Source: an uncultured Bacteroidia bacterium
GTDB lineage: Bacteria > Bacteroidota > Bacteroidia > Bacteroidales > ML635J-15
Assembly: GCA_902776565.1 (NCBI GenBank)
Contig: CACYQN010000013.1
Coordinates: 71,357-135,356 of the forward strand
Direction: 5' to 3'
DNA: 64,000 bases
The notes beneath the pieces were generated by a model. That model had not been told where the DNA came from. It ran no database searches and saw only the letters and a program-made list of their open reading frames with translations. Each line of letters starts with the position of its first letter. Position 1 is the stretch's first letter. Shown here piece by piece: positions 45,435 through 54,748 of the stretch. Made by a program: the position numbers and the translations under genes.

Positions 45435-46286
45435 TTAGTAATTAAGTTTCAAGGTGCAGACTGTTGTTTCCTTTTCGATTTCGCCATCGTAGTCGGTTTC
45501 GTTTTCATCCTTGATTGTTATTTCGGTTATCCTGCCGGTAGCGTCGTCTATTTTGTACTCGTAAGTGGTGTTCTGCTCTGTTTCCCAACCATCGACAATG
45601 CCACTGAAATGCGACTTCGAGGGAAGATATTCCGATGCCAAATCTTTTCCAAACGACGAAGCTCCAGGTGCTGAATAGAAGATTGTAAACACATCTATTG
45701 TAAACGGATTTTTAATGTCAGTATATTCAAATTCCGTAGTCGATTGCGGTTCTTCCATGTCGTTGGTGTTGTAAACTACAGTATATTCGGTCATGCAATT
45801 ATTTTCCCACTTGTATATAATGTCCTCGCTTGTGTAATATGGGTCAGCATTTGGACCGAAATCGCGGGTTATCCAACTAACCTTGTCTCCTTCGTAGTTG
45901 TACTTGATATTAATCTTTCCTTCTTTACCCATATCGATGCAACCTGTGGTCAACTTACCATCTGAATATTTGTAGGTAGTTGTAGCAGATTCCTCTTTGA
46001 CCTTGATTTCGTCGGTAGCGTATGATACGGTATATTCATCGTATTCGTCTTTCTGGTTGATAAGGCGGCTCTGGTCATCGTACTTGAAATTAATTACGCC
46101 AACAGATTCTCCGTCATAAATTTTCTCTATGCTTTTGACAAGAAGGATATCCTGTGCTTTTTCGTCTGTGGTTTGTTCGGCCTGTGCCGACTCCTTTTCG
46201 TCTGCTGACTTTTTGTCGGCAGAATTGTTGCACGACAGCAACATAAGCATTGCTGCAGCTGCTAATAACAAAATGTTTTTACTCAT
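45435..46286 (-). CDS. Hypothetical lipoprotein (283 aa), paralog of 43821..44672
   Basis: Lipobox 'LLSC'; same architecture as 43821..44672. Confidence 0.6.
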   Translation of the reverse strand: MSKNILLLAAAAMLMLLSCNNSADKKSADEKESAQAEQTTDEKAQDILLVKSIEKIYDGESVGVINFKYDDQSRLINQKDEYDEYTVSYATDEIKVKEESATTTYKYSDGKLTTGCIDMGKEGKINIKYNYEGDKVSWITRDFGPNADPYYTSEDIIYKWENNCMTEYTVVYNTNDMEEPQSTTEFEYTDIKNPFTIDVFTIFYSAPGASSFGKDLASEYLPSKSHFSGIVDGWETEQNTTYEYKIDDATGRITEITIKDENETDYDGEIEKETTVCTLKLNY

Positions 46287-46306
46287 AATTATTACTTTTT
46301 TTTAAT

Positions 46307-46473
46307 GTCATTCCGCAAGGCAGAACAATAATGCGAAACGGAACGGGTAGCATCATATTGTTCGACTATGCGAAATCCCCTGTTTTGCACCATATTGTCC
46401 ACAAGGGAGATTCCGCACAAACGAACTCACAAGGCTCGTCCCTGCGCCTGTTCGTTCAGTTTTGCGGAATGAC
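46307..46473. repeat. Inverted-repeat-bounded intergenic element (about 167 bp)
   Basis: gtcattccgcaa (46307-46318) / ttgcggaatgac (46462-46473), 12-bp perfect IR. Confidence 0.5.
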
Positions 46474-46486
46474 GGTTACCATTCAA

Positions 46487-47098
46487 TTAAAACTGTACCT
46501 TCGGTGCTTCCTGTGCTGCCTGACTAGCCTCGAAGTAAGCCCTTTCGCCGAATCCGAACATCTTTGCTACCAAGTTCTTCGGGAACTTTATCACAAGGAC
46601 ATTGTAATCTTGTACTGCTGCGTTGAAGATTTCGCGCTTAGCTGCGATTTCGGCTTCAATTTCCTTCAACTGGTTCATTAACTGCGTGAAGTGAGCATCG
46701 GCCTTCAGTTCGGGATAAGCCTCGCGCACTGCAAGCAAGCGGCTCAAAGTGCTTGATACATTATCCTGTGCTTCCTGGAACTTAGCGAATGTTTCGTTGT
46801 TGAGTTCGTCGGCGTTGATATTGATTGATGTTGCTGTGCTGCGTGCTTCGATAACAGCCGTCAAAGTTCCCTGCTCGTGAGCTGCGTAGCCCTTAACGGT
46901 TTCAACCAAGTTGGGGATGAGGTCGGCACGCTTCTGGTATGCTGCCTGCACATCGGCCCACGGCTTCTTCACTGCCTGGTCGGCCTCTACAATCTTGTTG
47001 TACGAACGCCATACATAAATACCACAAATAAGAAGTATTACAAAAATTACTCCTCCGATTAATGTTGCTCCTAAGCAACCGCTTCCATCTTTTGCCAT
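46487..47098 (-). CDS. lemA: LemA family protein
   Basis: N-terminal TM plus 'YNKIVEADQAVKKPWADVQAAYQKRADLIPNLVETVKGYAAHEQGTL'. Confidence 0.9.
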   Translation of the reverse strand: MAKDGSGCLGATLIGGVIFVILLICGIYVWRSYNKIVEADQAVKKPWADVQAAYQKRADLIPNLVETVKGYAAHEQGTLTAVIEARSTATSININADELNNETFAKFQEAQDNVSSTLSRLLAVREAYPELKADAHFTQLMNQLKEIEAEIAAKREIFNAAVQDYNVLVIKFPKNLVAKMFGFGERAYFEASQAAQEAPKVQF

Positions 47099-47222
47099 AG
47101 TCTATAAGTTTTTTGTTTCTAAGTTTATGTGGGCTAACGCCCGTTTCTAAGTTTAAAGTTGTTTCTAAGTTTCTAGTTGTGTCGTGGCGCGCCGCGACTG
47201 TACAATGTTCCTGTTTCTGTTG

Positions 47223-47242
47223 AGACGCAAAATTTTGCGTCT
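47223..47242. repeat. Third copy of the 20-bp perfect palindrome agacgcaaaattttgcgtct (intergenic)
   Basis: Identical to the palindromes at 40056-40075 and 40212-40231. Flanked by ctgtacaat on both sides. Confidence 0.9.
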
Positions 47243-47282
47243 GTACAATTTGAATGGCTATATGGCGACATCTTCATGCCTG

Positions 47283-49004
47283 TTAGCCTTTCGTTATTGT
47301 TTCAATTATCTCATCAATTCTTGCCTTCAGTTTCTCCTCGGTTGCTTCGTACTGGCTCGGACTTTCGAGCTTGCCCTTTACACCTATATAGAATTTAATC
47401 TTCGGTTCGGTACCCGACGGACGGACTGTAATCTTGCTGCCATCGGCAAGGTCGTACTGCAGTACATTCGACTTGGGCAGGGTGATGTCGTAGCAGAGGT
47501 CGCTGATTTTGTCGTACGACTTGCGTACAAGGAAATCGTGAACCATAACAACCTGCACTCCACAAATCGACTCGGGCGGCGTACTTCTGAATTTCTCCAT
47601 CATAGCCTCTATTTCCTGCATTCCGCTTTGTCCGGGCTTGGTGAGCGACTTCAGTCCTTCGAGGTAGAAGCCGTACTTTATGTAGATGTCCAGCAGCAAG
47701 TCCATCAAGGTTTTGCCTTGTGCCTTCATTCGGGCAGCAGCTTCGCACACCAGCATCGAGGCGATTACTGCGTCCTTGTCGCGAACACAGTCGCCAGCAA
47801 GGAATCCGTAGCTTTCCTCGCCACCGCCTATGAACTGCATCTTGCCGTAGTTCTTTTCGATTTCCTCGGCAATATACTTGAAGCCAGTGAGCACATCAAG
47901 GCATTTTACGCCGTAATCCTTGGCAATCTGCGGAATAAGCTCTGTAGTAACGATAGTCTTAACGATGAATTCCTTTCCTTTCAGACGACCTTCGGCCTTG
48001 AAACTGTCGAGAAGATAATGCACAAGTATCGATGCAGTCTGGTTGCCGTTGAGAATTACGAACTTGCCATTGTGGTTTACCACTACGCCAAGACGGTCGC
48101 TGTCGGGGTCGGTACCGAATACGATGTCGGCTCCAATCTGTTCTGCCTTTCGGATTGCAAGAGTGAGAGCCTCGCGCTCCTCGGGATTCGGTGACTTTAC
48201 AGTTGGAAAATTGCCGTCGGGAACTGCCTGTTCCTCAACAATGTTGACATCGTTGAAGCCAATGCTCTTCAGTGCCTGTGGCAGTACGCTTATGCTCGAA
48301 CCGTGGATTGGGGTATATACGATTTTCAGGTTTGCACTTGCATTGTCCTTTACATTGTGGCACAACGACTTCAGTGCTTCGATGTAGGCATTGTCAACAT
48401 CTGCGCCAATTTCCACAACATTCTTCAAAGCGTCGTCGAACTTGATGTCCTCAACGGTGACTTTCCTGACATCCTCGATTATGCCCTTGTCGTGCGGCGG
48501 AATTACCTGACCGCCATCGCTCCAGTAAACCTTGTAGCCATTGTATTCCTTAGGGTTGTGCGAAGCGGTGATGACGATTCCCGAATTGCAATGCAGGTGA
48601 CGGATTGCAAACGACAATTCGGGTGTCGGACGCAACTTGTCGAACAGATACACCTTGATTCCGTTTGCCGACAGTACCGAAGCGGTAATCTTTGCAAACT
48701 CGCGGCTGTTGTTGCGGCTGTCGTGGGCTATTGCACAGCTGATTCCCTTAGCCTTGTCGCAATGTGCAAGCAGATAGTTTGCAAGTCCCTGCGTAGCCAT
48801 TCCAACGGTGTAGCGGTTCATGCGGTTTGTTCCTGCACCCATTATTCCGCGCAGACCGCCAGTTCCGAACTCCAAGTCCTTGTAGAAACTTTCGTTCAGC
48901 TGTTCGGGGTTATTCTCAATCATTTCGGCTACAGCCTTGCGGGTCTGCTCGTCGAAAACTTCACTTGTCCAGTATTTTGCTTTCTGTAATACGATATTAT
49001 CCAT
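47283..49004 (-). CDS. pgm: Phosphoglucomutase/phosphomannomutase-family phospho-sugar mutase
   Basis: 'ITASHNPKEYNGYKV' active-site loop; 'FGTDPDSDR' metal loop. I chose the ATG at 49004 because the track's TTG at 49028 lies inside a taccTTTG -7 box (49026-49033, minus). Confidence 0.9.
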   Translation of the reverse strand: MDNIVLQKAKYWTSEVFDEQTRKAVAEMIENNPEQLNESFYKDLEFGTGGLRGIMGAGTNRMNRYTVGMATQGLANYLLAHCDKAKGISCAIAHDSRNNSREFAKITASVLSANGIKVYLFDKLRPTPELSFAIRHLHCNSGIVITASHNPKEYNGYKVYWSDGGQVIPPHDKGIIEDVRKVTVEDIKFDDALKNVVEIGADVDNAYIEALKSLCHNVKDNASANLKIVYTPIHGSSISVLPQALKSIGFNDVNIVEEQAVPDGNFPTVKSPNPEEREALTLAIRKAEQIGADIVFGTDPDSDRLGVVVNHNGKFVILNGNQTASILVHYLLDSFKAEGRLKGKEFIVKTIVTTELIPQIAKDYGVKCLDVLTGFKYIAEEIEKNYGKMQFIGGGEESYGFLAGDCVRDKDAVIASMLVCEAAARMKAQGKTLMDLLLDIYIKYGFYLEGLKSLTKPGQSGMQEIEAMMEKFRSTPPESICGVQVVMVHDFLVRKSYDKISDLCYDITLPKSNVLQYDLADGSKITVRPSGTEPKIKFYIGVKGKLESPSQYEATEEKLKARIDEIIETITKG

Positions 49005-49070
49005 TTTACATATTATTTGAAAAGTCAAAGGTAATGAATTATTGAATACGATGATATTTTTTGTGAAAAA

Positions 49071-49170
49071 CTTTAAACAACTTCAAACAACCTCAAACCA
49101 CCCCAAACCACTTCAAACAACTTTAAACCACCTCAAACAATACTAAACCACCTCAAACAACTTTAAACCA
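49071..49170. repeat. Ten tandem 10-bp units (cYtYaaacMa): phased A-tract array
   Basis: ctttaaacaa cttcaaacaa cctcaaacca ccccaaacca cttcaaacaa ctttaaacca cctcaaacaa tactaaacca cctcaaacaa ctttaaacca. Confidence 0.9.
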
Positions 49171-49245
49171 TTTTGCATTCTCGCGATTTGCCAGTTCGAC
49201 AAAAATTCTTAAGTTTGCAACATTATAAATTTAAGACACAACGCA

Positions 49246-49419
49246 ATGAAAGAACAAGTATTAAAGGCAATGCGCGAGGCTGGCAAGCCTGTCTCGGCTG
49301 GTGAAATCACAACGGCTCTCGGTGCCGACCGCAAGGAAGTTGACAAGGCTTTTGCAGAACTCAAGAAGGAAGGCGCAATAGTCTCGCCAGTACGCTGCAA
49401 GTGGGAACCAGCAAAATAG
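49246..49419 (+). CDS. Small winged-helix protein (57 aa), absent from the ORF track
   Basis: 'MKEQVLKAMREAGKPVSAGEITTALGADRKEVDKAFAELKKEGAIVSPVRCKWEPAK'. A taagtttg -7 box sits at 49210-49217. Resembles a conserved small Bacteroidales wHTH family. Confidence 0.6.
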   Translation: MKEQVLKAMREAGKPVSAGEITTALGADRKEVDKAFAELKKEGAIVSPVRCKWEPAK

Positions 49420-49458
49420 TACAAGTAAACGGTTGGCAGATAAAATGTTGAAATAATC

Positions 49459-49800
49459 GTGAATATCGAAGACTTTCGCGAATTATGCCTGTCGCTGGGT
49501 GACGATGTGGAGGAGAAAATGCCCTTCACAGCATTCCGTTATGCAAGCGAAGTGCTGGCGTTTTATGTGCATGGGCATATTTTCGCGTTCTTGGACTGCA
49601 ACAATTATGGTGTAGTTACGCTAAAATGTCAGCTGGAACGAATTTGCGATTTAAAGGCTCAATATGATTATGTCGGAAAGCCCTTCAATCTGCCACCAAA
49701 ATATTGGATTGGGATAAATGCAACTATCGCGCCCGATGATTTGCTTTGCGAACTTACTAAGAACTCATACGAGATAGTAAAAACAAAGTATAAGGTCTAA
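49459..49800 (+). CDS. MmcQ/YjbR-family protein
   Basis: 'FRELCLSLGDDVEEKMPF...' matches the YjbR-like N-terminus and size. GTG start. Confidence 0.65.
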   Translation: MNIEDFRELCLSLGDDVEEKMPFTAFRYASEVLAFYVHGHIFAFLDCNNYGVVTLKCQLERICDLKAQYDYVGKPFNLPPKYWIGINATIAPDDLLCELTKNSYEIVKTKYKV

Positions 49801-49850
49801 TATTGAGAATTTTACGAGAATGCATTGAGTGTGTAACAAAGATAATTGTA

Positions 49851-50924
49851 GTGCAGCATCGCAAGATTATACATATAGATATGGATGCGTTCTTCGTTTC
49901 TGTCGAGGAACACGACAATCCAGCCCTGAAAGGTCATCCTGTGGCCGTTGGATATGACGGCCCGCGGGGCGTTGTCGCTACTGCAAACTATGTTGCGCGG
50001 AAATATGGTGTACACTCGGCATTGCCGATCTCAACTGCACACCGCTTGTGTCCCAACCTGATTGTCGTGGAGGGTCATTATCAAAGGTACAAGGAGGTTT
50101 CGCTGCAAGTTCACAAGGTATTTCATGAATATACCGACATCATAGAGCCTCTGAGCCTCGACGAGGCATATCTGGATGTTACCACCAACAAGAAAGGCAT
50201 TGCCTTGGCGGTTGACATTGCCCGCGAAATCAAGCAGCGTATCTTGGAAGAAACGGGGCTAACAGCTTCGGCAGGAGTGAGTTACTGCAAGTTTCTCGCC
50301 AAGGTTGCCAGCGACTATCGGAAGCCTAACGGACTATGCACAGTTCATCCCGACAGGGCAATTAAGTTTATCGACAAGTTGAAAGTGGAGCAGCTTTGGG
50401 GCGTGGGCGAAAAGACAGCGCAGCGAATGCACTCGTTGGGCATTTTCACGGGCAAGCAACTTCGGGATGTGCCTCTTGCGATACTTACTTCCGAGTTTGG
50501 AAAAATGGGACGAATATTCTTCGACTTTGCCAGGGGCATTGACAATCGTCCTGTGGTCACCGAGTTTGTTCGCAAATCGGTAGGCTGCGAGTGTACATAC
50601 GCCAACGACCTTGCCAGTTACGAGGATATGGTTTTCCAACTTACGCCACTTGCCAACGAACTGGTACGACGAATCGAAAAGAACAATTTTAAAGGTCGTT
50701 CGCTGGTCTTGAAAGTAAAATATAATGATTTTAGGCAGACAACCCACAGCTACACAGGCAATTCCATTCTTAACGACATTGATGAGATTCTGCCCATTGC
50801 GAGAAGCCTGCTTGCAAATGTTGACACCGAGCGCCCTGTCCGGCTCTTGGGCTTGACGGTCGCCAGCCCTATTCTGCCAGAAAACAAAATCGCTGATTAT
50901 CAGCTAACTTTTGATTGGTGTTAA
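49851..50924 (+). CDS. dinB: DNA polymerase IV (Y-family)
   Basis: 'RKIIHIDMDAFFVSVEE', 'SLDEAYLDVT', 'GVSYCKFLAKVASD'. The start is uncertain (GTG 49851 or TTG 49803). Confidence 0.92.
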   Translation: MQHRKIIHIDMDAFFVSVEEHDNPALKGHPVAVGYDGPRGVVATANYVARKYGVHSALPISTAHRLCPNLIVVEGHYQRYKEVSLQVHKVFHEYTDIIEPLSLDEAYLDVTTNKKGIALAVDIAREIKQRILEETGLTASAGVSYCKFLAKVASDYRKPNGLCTVHPDRAIKFIDKLKVEQLWGVGEKTAQRMHSLGIFTGKQLRDVPLAILTSEFGKMGRIFFDFARGIDNRPVVTEFVRKSVGCECTYANDLASYEDMVFQLTPLANELVRRIEKNNFKGRSLVLKVKYNDFRQTTHSYTGNSILNDIDEILPIARSLLANVDTERPVRLLGLTVASPILPENKIADYQLTFDWC

Positions 50925-50945
50925 TAATAAGAAAAAGGAAATAAT

Positions 50946-51482
50946 ATGAAGAAAGTAGTAATCATTTCAACAAGTCTCCGCCCCGGCTCCAACAGCCACG
51001 CAATGGCGGAGCAGTTTGCCGAAGGAGCAAAAGCATCTGGGCATCGAGTGGAACTCATCTCGCTCAGAGGCAAGGAAATCAAGTTCTGCGTCGGCTGTCT
51101 GTCGTGCCAGAAGAGTGGTGCGTGTGTATTCAAGGACGATGTTCCTGCAATTATGGATAGTGTGCTTAATGCCGATGTAGTGTGCTGGGCGACACCAATT
51201 TACTACTACGAAATGTCGGGACAGATGAAGACTCTCATCGACCGTATGAACGCAATGTATCCCAAGGACTACCGTTTCCGCGACATTTATCTGCTTACCA
51301 CGGCTGCCGAGAACGAGGAGTTTGTTCCAAAGCGTGCCGAAGGCGGCCTGACGGGCTGGATTGACTGCTATGGAAAGTCTGCCCTCAAGGGACATATTTT
51401 CTGCGGCGGTGTGAACGACCCGAATGATATTGCAGGGAATGCCAAGCTACAAGAGGCATACGAGATGGGCAAGAAGTGCTAA
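50946..51482 (+). CDS. NAD(P)H-dependent FMN reductase / flavodoxin-like-fold oxidoreductase
   Basis: 'MKKVVIISTSLRPGSNS' and 'WATPIYYYEMSGQMKTLIDR' are typical of the FMN_red family. Confidence 0.8.
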   Translation: MKKVVIISTSLRPGSNSHAMAEQFAEGAKASGHRVELISLRGKEIKFCVGCLSCQKSGACVFKDDVPAIMDSVLNADVVCWATPIYYYEMSGQMKTLIDRMNAMYPKDYRFRDIYLLTTAAENEEFVPKRAEGGLTGWIDCYGKSALKGHIFCGGVNDPNDIAGNAKLQEAYEMGKKC

Positions 51483-51506
51483 TTGCTGCAAGATTATTCT
51501 GACGGA

Positions 51507-51536
51507 CTTGCAATGTTGTGTATTGCAAGCCTTTTT
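51507..51536 (+). terminator. Intrinsic terminator
   Basis: Stem cttgcaat/attgcaag followed by ccttttt. Confidence 0.65.
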
Positions 51537-51550
51537 AGGAACGGAAACAA

Positions 51551-51582
51551 CAAAAAAAGCAACTGTATTGAGCAGTTGCTTT
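51551..51582 (-). terminator. Intrinsic terminator of the ECF-sigma operon
   Basis: Minus strand: stem agcaactg/cagttgct followed by T7. Confidence 0.7.
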
Positions 51583-51606
51583 CGTAAGTAAGTAAATTTT
51601 AAGATT

Positions 51607-52056
51607 TTAATCCCCTTCGCCATTAAGCATTTCATATACTTCTTTTGAGGAGAAACTTCCTGCACAAACGAGAATCGAGCTTTCCTCCTTTTCCTGTGTG
51701 GCTATTATTAGTTCATGCGGATTGCGTTTGTCGGTAAAGATAAAAACAACACTTTCGCCACCATCGCGTGCGGTCATGAGTATTTCGTAGTTTTTGTCAT
51801 TGCTTAAAACTTCTATGTCCTTGTCTATTTGACTCTTGCCCTTTGCAGTGTTCGAACTGATGATAAGCATTTTTTCTATGCCGCCAAGGTTGCTGAGTTC
51901 TGCATCCAAGACTGAGTTTGCTAGGTTAAACATTGCTTTGTTAATGCAAACATAATCCACATCTTCCATTTTGGCGTACTTTTCGAAAATCTTGTTTTGT
52001 GCCATTGCTGCAAATGCGCAGGCAATTATTGCAATTGTTATTATTAATCGTTTCAT
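51607..52056 (-). CDS. DUF4252 domain protein
   Basis: Signal peptide, 'IFEKYAKMEDVDYVCI', and position downstream of the ECF sigma/anti-sigma genes. Confidence 0.65.
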   Translation of the reverse strand: MKRLIITIAIIACAFAAMAQNKIFEKYAKMEDVDYVCINKAMFNLANSVLDAELSNLGGIEKMLIISSNTAKGKSQIDKDIEVLSNDKNYEILMTARDGGESVVFIFTDKRNPHELIIATQEKEESSILVCAGSFSSKEVYEMLNGEGD

Positions 52057-52068
52057 ATTCCTTAATTT

Positions 52069-52635
52069 TTAAAGTTTTGACTGATTTTTTATCTTGTTAA
52101 TTTTTGAATTTGTCTTTTGAATGGCTTCTTGTGCAGGCTGCTTGCACATTTGTATAGAACGGGAGATTATGCTGTTTGCTCTCTCAATCTGCATTGTTGC
52201 TTCTTCAACGCTTGTGCAGGTGTCGCGGAATGGCGATTCATTAGATTCTTGATTTTGGAACTGCATTATGCAAATCCCGACTATTGCGATAACGGACACA
52301 GCAGCCGCTATCCGATACCAGATTGTTTTTGGCGGTTTTTCTCGTCGGAAAACATTGCTTTTAGGTTGTCGTGATGCTGGTTCTGGATTTTTCTCCGTTT
52401 CCGAATCATTGAGATTGCCTACAAAAGCATTTATTTCCGTCGCAATATCGTCGGGTATATTGGTGTCGGCGATTTCTGACATTGATAGAAACAGTTTACG
52501 GTCGGCTTCAAGTTCGGTAGGAACATCGTCGGAACGGAAAAAATCCATCAGTTTTTCTTCCTCTGCGGGTGTCGTTTTCCCTTCGTAGAAGCGGATGAGT
52601 AGTGACTCGATATTTGATTTCGTTTCCATAGTCAT
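52069..52635 (-). CDS. Putative anti-sigma factor (single TM)
   Basis: 4-nt overlap with the sigma gene. Central TM 'IWYRIAAAVSVIAIVGICIM'. Confidence 0.5.
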   Translation of the reverse strand: MTMETKSNIESLLIRFYEGKTTPAEEEKLMDFFRSDDVPTELEADRKLFLSMSEIADTNIPDDIATEINAFVGNLNDSETEKNPEPASRQPKSNVFRREKPPKTIWYRIAAAVSVIAIVGICIMQFQNQESNESPFRDTCTSVEEATMQIERANSIISRSIQMCKQPAQEAIQKTNSKINKIKNQSKL

Positions 52636-53114
52636 AATGATTTAAAATTGTCCCTTAATGTTTTTCTTGCCCTAGAAAGCAATGTGTATATATTCTCTCG
52701 GCTAAAATGCGTTATTTCTTCGATTTGCTGTATTTCGAGTCCGTCTATGGTGCGCAGACGAATTACTTTTTGCTGGTCTTTCGGTAGCATACTTATCATT
52801 TTCATAACTTCGGTCAATGTGCTGCTGGCATTGATTGAATCTTCTGTTTTGTTGTCTAAAAGTATGTCTGCCAAATCGTTGTTTTCTGTATGTTTGCGTT
52901 TCAGTTTGTCGAAGCAGTTGTTGCGAACCATTGTCAGCACTAGTGGCAGTGGTGATTTGTCGCGGTCGATGCTGTTTCGTCGCTGCCACAATTCGGCATA
53001 AACATCCTGTACGCTGTCTCTTGCCTCGTCGCTGTTTCGCAATATGTTGTATGCGAGGGCGTACATTTTGCTGCTGAATGGTAAGTACATATTTGAAAAC
53101 TCTTCGTGTGACAT
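52632..53114 (-). CDS. ECF-type sigma-70 family RNA polymerase sigma factor
   Basis: Region 2 'ARDSVQDVYAELWQRR' and region 4 'LPKDQQKVIRLRTIDGLEIQQIEEITHFSRENIYTLLSRARKTLR'. Confidence 0.88.
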   Translation of the reverse strand: MSHEEFSNMYLPFSSKMYALAYNILRNSDEARDSVQDVYAELWQRRNSIDRDKSPLPLVLTMVRNNCFDKLKRKHTENNDLADILLDNKTEDSINASSTLTEVMKMISMLPKDQQKVIRLRTIDGLEIQQIEEITHFSRENIYTLLSRARKTLRDNFKSL

Positions 53115-53316
53115 TTTCTAGTCGTTCTTAATCATCTTCCGCATGTAATACGATTGAAATCATAAAATCTTACAAAATTATATATGACAAAAAAATCAAC
53201 TTGCTGTATTGCTTTGATTTACAACTATAAACAAAATCGTATATCAGGCAAAATTTTATATTCGGTCTTAATTTATTTTTTACCTTTGTAAGTCGTTACA
53301 AACAAAACCATAATAT

Positions 53317-53862
53317 ATGATAGACCAGATAATCAACTACAACAAGACTTTCGTTGAACAGAAAGGTTACGAGAAATACCTGACGGACAAGTACCCCGAC
53401 AAGAAGTTGGCGGTGCTGTCGTGCATGGACACCCGATTGACGGAATTGCTTCCTGCCGCCCTCGGACTGAAGAATGGCGATGCGAAAATCATCAAGAATG
53501 CTGGCGGGCTGGTCATTTCGGCTTTCGATTCTGCGATGCGCAGCCTGATTGTAGCTATCTACGAACTTGGCGTGAATGAGATTATGGTGGTGGCGCACAG
53601 TCATTGTGGGGCTTGCCACATGAGTTACGACCACTTTCACCACGAAATGATTGCCAGAGGCATCACCGACGAGACCCTTGACACCATCCGCAAATGTGGT
53701 ATCAACTTGGACCATTGGCTCGAGGGGTTCAAGGACACGCCAGAATCTGTTCGTAAGACAGTCGAGACCATCAAGACACATCCGCTTGTGCCGAAGGACA
53801 TAGTGGTGCGTGGTTTCATAATCGACTCGGAGACCGGTGCTTTGGATGAAATAAAAATGTAA
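53317..53862 (+). CDS. Beta-class carbonic anhydrase
   Basis: Zinc ligand contexts 'LSCMDTRL' and 'VAHSHCGAC'. Confidence 0.85.
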   Translation: MIDQIINYNKTFVEQKGYEKYLTDKYPDKKLAVLSCMDTRLTELLPAALGLKNGDAKIIKNAGGLVISAFDSAMRSLIVAIYELGVNEIMVVAHSHCGACHMSYDHFHHEMIARGITDETLDTIRKCGINLDHWLEGFKDTPESVRKTVETIKTHPLVPKDIVVRGFIIDSETGALDEIKM

Positions 53863-53874
53863 GATGCTAACAAT

Positions 53875-54630
53875 ATGATACTTTACTTCTCTGGTACAGG
53901 CAATAGCCTGGCAATAGCAAGACAGATTGCCGAAAAGGTTGGCGACAAGATAATGCCGCTGCGCGAGGCGGTTGGCAAGGATTTGACTGGCGAAAAACGT
54001 ATTGGTCTTGTTTTTCCTACATATTGGCTCGATGCGCCTATTGCGGTGCGTGATATTGTGCCGCAACTTAATATCAGTCCTTCGTCGTACACCTTTGTTG
54101 TCATCACCTGCGGGGCGCAGACCAACAATGCGGTGTGGTCGGTGCGTCGGATTTTGCGACAGAAGGGCATAAAGCTTTCATATTGCAACAAAATCCGCGT
54201 TCCCGACAGTTCTGCGCTTGCCTTCGGACGAAATCCCAACAGTCAGGCATGGAAGTTTGAGCGTTACGCACCGCGCTTGGAGCAAATTTTGAACGATATT
54301 GCCGACGAAAAGCACGGTTTCCACTATGCAGGATTCGACCCTTTAGGCTGGCTGCTTAATCGTCCGTCCATCGCTGCTAAAACTCAGAACTCGACCCGTC
54401 CTGTCTGCAATACCGACAAATGTGTGGGTTGTGGCATTTGTGCAAAAGTTTGTCCGCAGAAAAACATCACCCTTGCCGACGGCAAAGCCAAACTAGGCGA
54501 CAATTGCGCGATGTGTCTGGCCTGCTTGCATTTCTGCCCGCATCAGAGTATGGAAGTCAATGGCAAAGCGACACTAGCCGAACGGCAGTACCATCATCCG
54601 GAGGTTGAGAAGAGGGATATGGTTGTGTAA
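53875..54630 (+). CDS. EFR1-family ferredoxin (flavodoxin-like N-terminus plus two 4Fe-4S motifs)
   Basis: 'MILYFSGTGNS', 'CVGCGICAKVCP', 'CAMCLACLHFCP'. Confidence 0.8.
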   Translation: MILYFSGTGNSLAIARQIAEKVGDKIMPLREAVGKDLTGEKRIGLVFPTYWLDAPIAVRDIVPQLNISPSSYTFVVITCGAQTNNAVWSVRRILRQKGIKLSYCNKIRVPDSSALAFGRNPNSQAWKFERYAPRLEQILNDIADEKHGFHYAGFDPLGWLLNRPSIAAKTQNSTRPVCNTDKCVGCGICAKVCPQKNITLADGKAKLGDNCAMCLACLHFCPHQSMEVNGKATLAERQYHHPEVEKRDMVV

Positions 54631-54748
54631 ATCATGAAATCATTATCATTTTTTCTTACAAATATTTGCAACTTATAGGTTTCGTTTTCCCAAAAAGTAT
54701 TATTTTTGTGGTGAAAAAACTTTAGTAATATGACTTGGAGATAGAACC

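Noticed and set aside
46331-46681. 116-aa plus-strand ORF spanning the IR element and the 3' part of lemA
   Set aside because: It overlaps the well-supported lemA gene in antisense and begins inside a repeat element. No motifs.
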